NCBI GenBank assembly: GCA_944377305.1
Contig: CALWEL010000003.1
Location: forward strand, 26,902-90,901
Direction: 5' to 3'
DNA from: an uncultured Clostridia bacterium
GTDB lineage: Bacteria; Bacillota; Clostridia; Christensenellales; UBA1242
Length of the DNA: 64,000 nt
Made by a program: the position numbers and the translations under genes. Every line of letters starts with the position of its first letter. Position 1 is the first letter of the stretch. A model generated the notes under the pieces. The model had not been told where the DNA came from, did no database searches, and worked only from the letters and a program-made list of their open reading frames with translations. Shown piece after piece: positions 44,275 to 53,035 of this stretch.

Positions 44275-45045
44275 ATGGCAAGACGAGTTTATATTTGTGG
44301 AATAGATACTAGCACTTTGCCCAAAATTACGCGTGAAGAGAGCGAACAAATATTGAAAAAAATTAAGGCGGGAGACGAACAGGCAAAAGATTATTACATC
44401 TATTGCAATATGCGTCTTGTTTTGTCTGTGGCGCAGAGATTTGTATCCTGCAAGGAAAATATGGATGATATTTTTCAAGTTGGATGTGTGGGATTGTTGA
44501 AGGCAATTGATAATTTTGATATCTCATTAAATGTTCAGTTTTCCACCTATGCCGTACCTATGATTATAGGCGAGATCAAGCGATTTTTGCGTGATTCAAG
44601 CGTAATGAGGGTGAGCAGAAGCATTAGAGATACCGCATATATGGTACTTAAGAGCAAGGAAAAATTGCAAACGGGTAGATCGGATGAAGTGGGTCTAGAG
44701 GAAGTCGCAAATGATCTAAATATAACGATAAGAGAAGTCTACGATGCGATAGACGCAATATCAACTCCGCTCTCACTAGATGAATCTTTCTTCAACGAAG
44801 GGGATGAAGAAATGCGCTTGGATGAACATATTGCCGACACTGAGCATTCAGTCGAAAAGTGGATAGATCACACTGATTTGCTTGATGCAATCAAACAATT
44901 GGATGATCGTGAACGCGAAATTTTAAATTTGAGGTATTTTATTGGCAAAACACAAATGGAAGTGAGTGATAGTGTAGGAATATCACAAGCACAAGTAAGT
45001 AGATTAGAAAAAAACGCACTTGCGCATATCAAAAAAAGCTTATAG
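44275..45045 (+). CDS. sigG: sporulation sigma factor SigG
   Basis: VYICGIDTSTLPKITREE, NMRLVLSVAQRF, DDIFQVGCVGLLKAIDNFD, VQFSTYAVPMIIGEIKRFLRD, MRVSRSIRD. Close to B. subtilis SigG as I recall it. ATG 44275 after GAGGTG. Confidence 0.9.
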   Translation: MARRVYICGIDTSTLPKITREESEQILKKIKAGDEQAKDYYIYCNMRLVLSVAQRFVSCKENMDDIFQVGCVGLLKAIDNFDISLNVQFSTYAVPMIIGEIKRFLRDSSVMRVSRSIRDTAYMVLKSKEKLQTGRSDEVGLEEVANDLNITIREVYDAIDAISTPLSLDESFFNEGDEEMRLDEHIADTEHSVEKWIDHTDLLDAIKQLDDREREILNLRYFIGKTQMEVSDSVGISQAQVSRLEKNALAHIKKSL

Positions 45046-45131
45046 CATACTTAATGAAATAGACATTTATTTATCTTAAATAATCAAAATAATCTAAAAT
45101 ATTTGACAATATGACAATTTTTACGTAATAT

Positions 45132-45479
45132 ATGTTTAGAGTATATATGATTAGATTGTTAGGTATTTTAAGTTTATTTTTAGATTTTGATTATGATATG
45201 GATGATGTATTTGATGACGGAATTGAATTTCCTGACACTATGTTCTCCATAATTTTTGCTTTGGCGGTGATAGTAATTATAGCAAGCACAATAGTGATTG
45301 TGGTGCGTAAACACAAAAATTCTAATAAGAATATATTCAGTACAAACACTGCTAAAGACTTTTCACCAAAAAACGAGAAAATAAAAGAAGAAGAAACGTT
45401 TTGCGAATATTGCGGAGGAATGATCCCAAGCGATAAAAGTGCTTGTCCATATTGCGGTGCTAAGAGGAAGAAGAAATAA
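45132..45479 (+). CDS. membrane protein with C-terminal zinc ribbon
   Basis: TM helix IIFALAVIVIIASTIVIVV. C-terminal CEYCG...CPYCG. Start uncertain (45132 or 45147). Confidence 0.5.
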   Translation: MFRVYMIRLLGILSLFLDFDYDMDDVFDDGIEFPDTMFSIIFALAVIVIIASTIVIVVRKHKNSNKNIFSTNTAKDFSPKNEKIKEEETFCEYCGGMIPSDKSACPYCGAKRKKK

Positions 45480-45595
45480 GGTTTTCGACATTATATCACC
45501 TTATTTCTTTTTTTTAAACAAAATAATATCTATTAAACTATCATATTAACTTTGTTTATCTCATTAATAGTGTTAGGATAGGACGGTAGATATCT

Positions 45596-46357
45596 ATGAA
45601 AGTAATCTTTATGAAAAAAACGACTTTATTAATAGTTGTAGGTATTCTAGTATTTCTTTCCGCTTTTTCGCTTAATTATGTTGGAATAGAAGTAGGAGCT
45701 ACCTATTTTGGAGGGGAAAGGAAATTGCCCATTTATTCAGTACAAACGGATGAAAATAAAGTCGCCATATCTTTTGACGCGGCTTGGGGCGCGGACAAGA
45801 CTAGAGAGATCATTTCAATATGCGATTCGTATGGAATCAAAGCGACTTTTTTTCTAGTGGGCTTTTGGGTAGAAAAATATCCTGAAATGGTGAAGGAAAT
45901 CTACAATAATGGGTTTGAGATAGGACTTCACTCTAACACTCATCCAGATATGACAAAACTAACGAAGTCAGAAATCAGAGAGGAATTGGAAACCAATATT
46001 CAGCTTATACAAGATTTGACCGGATATAGACCCAAATTGTTTAGACCACCTTATGGATACTATAGCAATGAATTGATTGAAGTATGTAATAGTCTTGATA
46101 TTAGTTGTATTGAATGGAGTGTAGACAGCTTGGATTGGAAAGGGCTTAGTGCGAGTGAGATAGCTAGTAGAGTGATATCACAGTCAGAAAACGGAAGTAT
46201 TGTCCTATTCCATAACAACTCAGACAACATAATCGAAGGCTTGAAAATGGTTTTAGAATATTATAAAATTAAGGATACACAAGTCGTACCTGTAGGAGAA
46301 TTGATATATTATGATAATTTTTTTATCAATATCCAAGGTGTACAAATTAAAAATTAA
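45596..46357 (+). CDS. NodB-type polysaccharide deacetylase (PdaB-like)
   Basis: Signal/TM, then ISFDAAWG, ATFFLVG, GLHSNTHPDM, FRPPYG, VLFHNN motifs of the NodB homology domain. Confidence 0.85.
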   Translation: MKVIFMKKTTLLIVVGILVFLSAFSLNYVGIEVGATYFGGERKLPIYSVQTDENKVAISFDAAWGADKTREIISICDSYGIKATFFLVGFWVEKYPEMVKEIYNNGFEIGLHSNTHPDMTKLTKSEIREELETNIQLIQDLTGYRPKLFRPPYGYYSNELIEVCNSLDISCIEWSVDSLDWKGLSASEIASRVISQSENGSIVLFHNNSDNIIEGLKMVLEYYKIKDTQVVPVGELIYYDNFFINIQGVQIKN

Positions 46358-46369
46358 AGGAGAAAACAA

Positions 46370-47005
46370 ATGAGTTATGAAATGTTGAACAACAACAAAG
46401 TTTACTTGCAAGGTGAGGTGGCGGATATACCGAAATATAATCATACAGTTTTGGATGAAGATTTTTATTCATTCAATCTGATTGTGCCGAGATTAAGTGG
46501 ACAAAATGACATACTTCCGATTACCATTTCATCCAAATTAATTGCTGAAAATCAATTAGAAATAGGAGATAAAATAGCCTTGCGAGGACAATTTAGAAGC
46601 TATAACAAGCTAGATCAGGGCAAAAGTAAATTGATATTATCGGTATTCTGTAGAGAACTGTGCGAATGGGATAACGACGCAAATTCAAATGTTATAGAAT
46701 TGAGCGGATATATATGCAAATCACCTATCTATAGGACGACACCATTTTCGCGTGAGATATGCGATATTCTTCTTGCGGTGAATAGAAATTATGACAAATC
46801 TGATTATATTCCGTGTATTGCGTGGGGAAGAAATGCTCAATTTACAAATAAATTACCTGTAGGTACAAAATTAGAGCTTGAAGGACGTATTCAGAGCAGA
46901 GAATACAACAAACATTATGATGGAGAGGATATTCCAGTAGTAAAAATAGCTTATGAAGTATCTATAATAAAATTAGCCATAGCCGAAGATAAGACCGCCT
47001 TATAG
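46370..47005 (+). CDS. tandem OB-fold SSB-like protein
   Basis: 211 aa with RBS AAGGAG. Two OB-like halves: VYLQGEV...IALRGQFRSYN and IELSGYI...IAWGRNAQFTNKLPVGTKLELEGRIQSREY. No acidic C-terminal SSB tail. Confidence 0.55.
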   Translation: MSYEMLNNNKVYLQGEVADIPKYNHTVLDEDFYSFNLIVPRLSGQNDILPITISSKLIAENQLEIGDKIALRGQFRSYNKLDQGKSKLILSVFCRELCEWDNDANSNVIELSGYICKSPIYRTTPFSREICDILLAVNRNYDKSDYIPCIAWGRNAQFTNKLPVGTKLELEGRIQSREYNKHYDGEDIPVVKIAYEVSIIKLAIAEDKTAL

Positions 47006-47187
47006 CGAGTCTTTTTTTATTATTAAGAGCAGTATTTATTTACAAAATAAAACATACGTTCGATTAATTTGACTTATTTTATCGAAAATTCCGTCAATTT
47101 AATGCTGTTTTTTGTAAAAAAGTGGCGTATATGCTTGACTTTTCGACAAATTGTAGGATATACTTCTTTTTGTTAGGGGTGGATATA

Positions 47188-47676
47188 ATGATTGATATTT
47201 ATGATAGTGAAGCGATTGTTAAAATCTATCGAATGTTGGCTAAAAGATGCAATGCAATAGATAGATATATCAACAATTACGCATTTTATTTTGGACCAAG
47301 TACATCAGATTATGGTTCTTTGGATGTATGTAATAATATTATAGACTTGATTGAACGAAAAAATCAACTGATTAACTTAAAAGTTATAGTAGACAATGCA
47401 ATAAAATCTTTAAAAGTTGAAGATAAAAAAATACTTTATGTAAAAATGAATTATTCAATATCAATGTCTGAACTTTGTGGCATTTTAGATTTGAAGGAGC
47501 GTACAGCATTCAGACATATTGAGCGTGCTTTTTATAATATGACAGAAGCGTTGAATAAATCAAAATATATTGAAAAGTTAGTACGCATTTTAGACTCTGA
47601 AGTTTGGATAGCTGATATTAGACAGGAGGTTAAGGAAAGACGTTTGTCATTTAAAATGAAGGCTTTGAGTTTATAA
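47188..47676 (+). CDS. sigma-70 region-4-like HTH regulator (phage late-activator-like)
   Basis: 162 aa from ATG 47188 with RBS AGGGGTGGA. ILYVKMNYSISMSELCGILDLKERTAFRHIERAFYNM resembles region 4 / RinA-ArpU-type regulators. Sits just before the packaging genes. Confidence 0.4.
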   Translation: MIDIYDSEAIVKIYRMLAKRCNAIDRYINNYAFYFGPSTSDYGSLDVCNNIIDLIERKNQLINLKVIVDNAIKSLKVEDKKILYVKMNYSISMSELCGILDLKERTAFRHIERAFYNMTEALNKSKYIEKLVRILDSEVWIADIRQEVKERRLSFKMKALSL

Positions 47677-47789
47677 AATATTATGTAGCAAATTTATTTG
47701 AGTTTTTAAGTTATAATTCTTTTATCATTTTATAGTTAAATTTTTATTACTGAATCTTTATCTACTTGATTTTCTAATTTAAACATAAA

Positions 47790-48557
47790 TTAATAATCTT
47801 GAATCTCTTTGGTTTGCTTTTTGATTTCTTTATTAAATAATTTTCCGCCTTTTAATATCATAAATACGAAAATGATCGCAGGGATAGTAAGAATAGCAAT
47901 CACTATCGCTGTTGTTTTGTTTTCTACAGGAAGTGAAGTGATCTCTTCTGTGATATCAAAATTAGGTTCGGAAGTATAACTCACTTCTTCGTGATTGAGC
48001 GGTATAGCATTCGGATCAAATTCGTCACAGAAATCACTATATACATAGCCATAATAATCTTGATCGGCAGAATATTTGCAATAATACCAAAGATTTGTAC
48101 GTCCGTCTACGAGTTCTTCACCTTGAATCGTGCCGTAATATGTAAGATTTCTCGAATACAGAGGAATGTATACCACTTGAGTTGAAGTTCCGCTAGTAGT
48201 AGTGGGTTCGCTTCTCATATCTCTGCTTTGCTCAGAATATACACGAAAATTTTGATTTTCCAAATATGGTGTCATAGGTTTACCTACAATTGTTTGAACG
48301 GCATCTTTCTTCACATATCCAGTAAAGGACAAATAATTTACTTTATAAAATGTACTATTGCTACTTTCAATAAGCTCTACAAAATATGTACGGGGCAGAG
48401 AAAAATATATGTTAGCATATTCGTTGACTTCGATTGGTGACTTATAAAGATAGACATCATCATACATTATGCGTGCATAATATGTGTCAAATGTGCTTGC
48501 TGAGACATACAAAAGAGAATTTTCCAATGAAAATAATATAATCAATAATAAAATCAT
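47790..48557 (-). CDS. secreted, C-terminally anchored protein with two SH3b-like domains
   Basis: Signal peptide. Two SH3b-like segments (YARIMYDDVYLYKSP...FTGYVKKDAV and FRVYSEQSRDMRSEP...YYGYVYSDF). C-terminal TM AIVIAILTIPAIIFVFMIL. Confidence 0.55.
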   Translation of the reverse strand: MILLLIILFSLENSLLYVSASTFDTYYARIMYDDVYLYKSPIEVNEYANIYFSLPRTYFVELIESSNSTFYKVNYLSFTGYVKKDAVQTIVGKPMTPYLENQNFRVYSEQSRDMRSEPTTTSGTSTQVVYIPLYSRNLTYYGTIQGEELVDGRTNLWYYCKYSADQDYYGYVYSDFCDEFDPNAIPLNHEEVSYTSEPNFDITEEITSLPVENKTTAIVIAILTIPAIIFVFMILKGGKLFNKEIKKQTKEIQDY

Positions 48558-48635
48558 ATTTTGATTTTATCATAAAAATTAAGAAATATTTTGACAACTT
48601 TAGGCTAATATGAGCGAGTTTTAGTGTAAATTATC

Positions 48636-50063
48636 GTGAAAATGGAATTGATTGAAAAAATTTTAAAAATAGAAAGTATTCAAAGAAAAAGGAAAGAAAA
48701 AAACAAACTTAATCAATATAACACAGGTGAAAAAATTCATAAAAAACAACTTCTATTTCACCAATCAGAGAAGAAAAATAGATGGGTGTTTGGTGGCAAT
48801 AGGTCTGGGAAAACTGAGTGCGGAGCAGTGGAAGTTTTGTATTTTGCAAGAGGATGTCATCCATTCAGGGAAATTAAAGGCGCAACATCGGGCTGGGTGG
48901 TCAGCTTATCAACTCAAGTACAACGTGATGTAGCTCAAAACAAAATTTTACATTACCTTAACCCAGATTGGATAGAAGACATAGTAATGTTGAGCGGTAG
49001 GAAAGATAATTATGCAAATGGAATCGTAGACTATATATTGATAAAGAATGTGTTTGGTACTCTTAGCAAAATTGGATTCAAGAGTTGTGATCAGGGAAGA
49101 GAGAAGTTTCAAGGGACGAGTCTAGATTACGTATGGTTTGACGAAGAGCCTCCTTATGACATTTATTCTGAATGTAGGATGCGTGTACTAGATAAAGATG
49201 GAGATATATTCGCTACGATGACTCCATTGAAAGGAATGACCTTTGTCTACGATGAAATTTATCTTAATAAATATAATGATCCAAATATTTGGTACGAATT
49301 TATGCAGTGGGATGACAACCCATTTATTAGTGAAAGTGCAAAAAATGCAATGAAACAAAGTTTGTCCGAACAGGAATTGAAATCTAGACAATTTGGTGAA
49401 TTTCTAGATGTGGGCGGAAGAGTATATCCAGAATTTGATGAAAACGTCAATGTGATTGAGCCTTTCCAAATTCCATACGAATGGCAAGACAAATTATCAA
49501 TAGATCCAGGATTGAAAAATCCGTTGTCGTGTCATTGGTATGCAGTAGATTATGATGGAAATGTTTATGTGGTGGCTGAACACTATGAAAGCGGACGAGA
49601 TATAGGATATCATAGCGAAGTAATACATAGGATCAGTGATGAAATGCATTGGCACAGAAACTCAAATGGGATGATTGAAGCATTGATTGACAGTGCAGCG
49701 AATCAGACTACACTTGCTTCAATTAGAAGCGTAGCGGACCTATTTTATGATTACAATATACTTGTCAATACGAATGTGAATAAAGATGTATTTTCTGGTA
49801 TACAGAGAGTGAAATCCTATTTGAAGAATAGTTTAGGTGAGAGCAAATTATTCATATTCAATACTTGCAAGAATATGATTCGAGAGATGAAAGCATATCG
49901 ATGGGGGAATGGTGACAACCCTGTCAAAGTAGATGATCATAGTTTGGATGAATTGCGCTACTATATAATGTCGCGCCCAGAGAACAAACGTCCAAAAGAG
50001 GAGTTGAGTTTAATACAAAAAGAAAAAGAGAGATTGATACGCTCGTTGAAGCGAAGAAGATAG
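48636..50063 (+). CDS. terL: phage terminase large subunit
   Basis: Walker A-like WVFGGNRSGKTECG, Walker B YVWFDEEP. C-terminal nuclease-like acidic motifs (KLSIDPG, LIDSAANQ, VDDHSLDELRY). No obvious RBS. Confidence 0.85.
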   Translation: MKMELIEKILKIESIQRKRKEKNKLNQYNTGEKIHKKQLLFHQSEKKNRWVFGGNRSGKTECGAVEVLYFARGCHPFREIKGATSGWVVSLSTQVQRDVAQNKILHYLNPDWIEDIVMLSGRKDNYANGIVDYILIKNVFGTLSKIGFKSCDQGREKFQGTSLDYVWFDEEPPYDIYSECRMRVLDKDGDIFATMTPLKGMTFVYDEIYLNKYNDPNIWYEFMQWDDNPFISESAKNAMKQSLSEQELKSRQFGEFLDVGGRVYPEFDENVNVIEPFQIPYEWQDKLSIDPGLKNPLSCHWYAVDYDGNVYVVAEHYESGRDIGYHSEVIHRISDEMHWHRNSNGMIEALIDSAANQTTLASIRSVADLFYDYNILVNTNVNKDVFSGIQRVKSYLKNSLGESKLFIFNTCKNMIREMKAYRWGNGDNPVKVDDHSLDELRYYIMSRPENKRPKEELSLIQKEKERLIRSLKRRR

Positions 50064-50170
50064 GAGGTCGATGTGATATAAAAACAAATTATATTGACGA
50101 AACAACACTGAAAGCACTCAAATCTTGTATTATAGGAAGTGCGACAACTGAAACTACTTGTGAATATGTT

Positions 50171-50410
50171 TTGGATAGCGAAACAAATGAGATGAAATTG
50201 GTCAAGAAAAAGGTCAATGAAAAATCACTTCCGCCAAATGCGGATTTAATAAAAATAATTTTTCAGCAAATAAGAGATGAGCAAAACAAAGAACTTGATT
50301 ATGATAGATTGACAGATGAAGAATTGGAAAATGAAAGGCAACGTTTGTTAAAGGAATTGAAGGAGATGGAAAATGAAAGTAGAAAAAGCAAAAGTTCGAA
50401 TAAAGTGTGA
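50171..50410 (+). CDS. small charged protein; possible C-terminal remnant of a small-terminase-like gene
   Basis: First canonical start is TTG 50171 or ATG 50192, but the frame is open back to 49952. The C-terminus DEELENERQRLLKELKEMENE is coiled-coil-like. Confidence 0.3.
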   Translation: MDSETNEMKLVKKKVNEKSLPPNADLIKIIFQQIRDEQNKELDYDRLTDEELENERQRLLKELKEMENESRKSKSSNKV

Positions 50411-50585
50411 CGCGAGTGGATGCAACAATCTTAGTGATTACGCGATAGTGAATAAAAAATTTGTGTTTGATGGTAGCGTCTATCTTTGTGAAAGTTGTAT
50501 GAAGTCTTTATATAAAGAAATCGGCAAATTTACCATACCAAAAAATTTAAAACCGCTTTATAAAAAGGGAGGAAACAATGAGTAA
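50373..50585 (+). CDS. small zinc-ribbon protein
   Basis: 70 aa with RBS AAGGAG. CDASGC...CESC. 8-nt overlap with the portal start. Confidence 0.45.
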   Translation: MKVEKAKVRIKCDASGCNNLSDYAIVNKKFVFDGSVYLCESCMKSLYKEIGKFTIPKNLKPLYKKGGNNE

Positions 50586-52461
50586 AACTAATCAAAAATT
50601 AGTCGAAGAGGTGAGAAAAGATTATATCAAAAGACGCGAAGCACGTAGGAGTTTGGAAGCACAATGGCAGTTGAATATCAATTTTATGATAGGTAATCAA
50701 TATAGTTATATAGCATCAAACAATTCGATAAGAGAGGATGAAAAAGAGTATTTTTGGCAAGAAAAAGAAGTATTTAATCATATCGCGCCTATAGTTGAAA
50801 CACGTATATCAAAAATATCTAGCAATACACCTAGCGTTACGGTAGTACCAGCTAGTACGGATGAATCGGATATTGAAAGTGCAAAACTTAGCAAAGAGAT
50901 TTTAAACTCGGTTGCCAATAGGTTAAATTTGACCGATTTAGAAAAAACTGCTACCACTTGGAGTGAAATTTGTGGAACAGCCTTTTATAAAATAGTATGG
51001 AACACGAATACGGGAAGGATGGTGGCTACTGATGAGTTGGGCAATGCAATAAGAGAGGGAGATGTGCAAGTAGAGGTGGTATCACCATTTGAAATATTTC
51101 CAGACAACCTCGCTTGTGAAAGAATGGAAGATGTGAAGAGCATCATACACGCACGTGCGGTCGAGATTGACGAGGTTCGTTCACAATGGGGTGTGGACGT
51201 AGAGAGCGAGAATGTATATGCATTCACTCTGGATAGTTTATCTAATAATCTAGGTGGACTGGGATATAATGCGCACATAAATAAAGTAGCAAATATTGAA
51301 TTGACAAATCATTGTGTAGTGATAGAGCGCTATATTAGACCAACAAAAGATTTTCCGCTCGGTAGGCTTACTATTGTAGCGGGAGACAAACTGCTGTTTG
51401 ATGGTGATCTGCCTTATATTAATGATGAACTGAACAATCGAACTTTTCCATTTGTGAAACAGATATCAAACTATATACCGGGCAGTTTCTTTGGCGTAAG
51501 CGTGGTAGATAGGTTAATTCCTTTGCAACGAGCCTACAATGCTGTACGTAATCGCAAACACGAATATTTCAATAGATCAGTAATGAATGTGCTTGCAGTG
51601 GAAGACGGCAGTATTGATACCGATGCATTGGAGATGGAAGGTCTATCTCCAGGTAAGGTACTTGTATATAGGCAGGGCAGTAAAATCCCTGAAATTATGC
51701 AAAATCCTAATATCAATCTCAACTTTGACGAAGAGGAGGAACGATTATTATCCGAATTCAAAACCGTGTCAGGAGTCAGTGATATGATGACAGATAGTTA
51801 TGCTAATTATACAAATATGTCAGGTGTGGCACTGGAATTGTTGGCAGAGCAAGATATGACGCGTCTAGCCACCGCGATCGACTCTACGAAATTGGCAGTG
51901 AAAATTTTGGCAAAATTTATATTGAGATTGTATAAGCAGTTTGCTGTAGTTCCGCGTCTATTGAAAATTACTGGTGAGACAGGTGATGTACAGATGTATT
52001 ATTGGGACCAAAATGAGATATGTAGTGACGATGTCGTATTTGATGCATCCACAGACACAATGGATAGTTTAGGTCAAAAACGTACGATGCTATTAGATCT
52101 GATTAAGGAGGGATTGATGTATGATGAAGATGGAAAATTTTCTCAAAGTACACGAAAGAGATGCCTCGACTTATTGGGTTTCGGGATGTGGGAAAATGCG
52201 GTAGATATCAATTCACTTCAGATCAATCGAGCGAAAGAAGAAAATATCACTATATCAAATAATCAGGAATTAAAAATATTTCCTATTGATGATCATAAAA
52301 TACATATTGATGAACACACCGCTTACATATTGGGTGGAGAGATAAAGAAAAAAATAAATGGTCAAAAAATAATTGAAAAATTGTTAAAACACATTGAAGA
52401 ACATAAAAAATTATTGAAAATTTCTGAAAAAGAAGAAAATTTTGAACAAAAAGGAGAATAG
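50578..52461 (+). CDS. phage portal protein
   Basis: 627-aa ORF in the canonical position after the terminase. Size and acidic C-terminus fit a portal. Call is by position and size. Confidence 0.75.
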   Translation: MSKTNQKLVEEVRKDYIKRREARRSLEAQWQLNINFMIGNQYSYIASNNSIREDEKEYFWQEKEVFNHIAPIVETRISKISSNTPSVTVVPASTDESDIESAKLSKEILNSVANRLNLTDLEKTATTWSEICGTAFYKIVWNTNTGRMVATDELGNAIREGDVQVEVVSPFEIFPDNLACERMEDVKSIIHARAVEIDEVRSQWGVDVESENVYAFTLDSLSNNLGGLGYNAHINKVANIELTNHCVVIERYIRPTKDFPLGRLTIVAGDKLLFDGDLPYINDELNNRTFPFVKQISNYIPGSFFGVSVVDRLIPLQRAYNAVRNRKHEYFNRSVMNVLAVEDGSIDTDALEMEGLSPGKVLVYRQGSKIPEIMQNPNINLNFDEEEERLLSEFKTVSGVSDMMTDSYANYTNMSGVALELLAEQDMTRLATAIDSTKLAVKILAKFILRLYKQFAVVPRLLKITGETGDVQMYYWDQNEICSDDVVFDASTDTMDSLGQKRTMLLDLIKEGLMYDEDGKFSQSTRKRCLDLLGFGMWENAVDINSLQINRAKEENITISNNQELKIFPIDDHKIHIDEHTAYILGGEIKKKINGQKIIEKLLKHIEEHKKLLKISEKEENFEQKGE

Positions 52462-52462
52462 G

Positions 52463-53023
52463 ATGGAAGATTTGGAACAACCAAAACAAGAAAATAGTTT
52501 AGGCTCCAATGAAAATTTTGGAAAATTCAAAGACGCGGAGAGTTTATTGAAGGCATACAATAGTCTCGAGGCAGAATTTACCAAAAGGAGTCAAAGGTTG
52601 GCAACTTTGGAGAGCGAAAATACTGCACGAGAGAAAGATGCCAGCAAGCGACTTGAAATTGAAAAGAGAGTGGACGAGTTTGCAACAAAATTTGATATAA
52701 TTAAACCTTTCAGTAGCGCGCTGAAAGAAAGCTTAATTCAAGATGAAAATTTAAACTTTGAAGATGAAGTTATGAAGATCATCACAAATAATTACAAACG
52801 AGCGCAAGATTATGTTTCAGATGATGAATTTTTGAACAACTATATTTATTCCAATAGTGAAATTAAGGATAAAATCATCAAAGACTATTTGAGTAAAATA
52901 CCTCAGAATTCACCAATACGCATTGATGCTGGCTCGAATTCGATTCCGCTTTCTCCACCCAATCGGCCAAGCACGATTCAAGAGGCTGGACGATTGGCAA
53001 AATCGATTATAAAACAAAAATAA
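52463..53023 (+). CDS. scaffolding-like protein
   Basis: 186 aa from ATG 52463 (RBS AAAGGAG). Charged and helical (SLEAEFTKRSQRLATLESENTAREKDASKRLEIEKR). Lies between the portal and the capsid gene. Confidence 0.5.
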   Translation: MEDLEQPKQENSLGSNENFGKFKDAESLLKAYNSLEAEFTKRSQRLATLESENTAREKDASKRLEIEKRVDEFATKFDIIKPFSSALKESLIQDENLNFEDEVMKIITNNYKRAQDYVSDDEFLNNYIYSNSEIKDKIIKDYLSKIPQNSPIRIDAGSNSIPLSPPNRPSTIQEAGRLAKSIIKQK

Positions 53024-53035
53024 ATAGGAGAAAAA

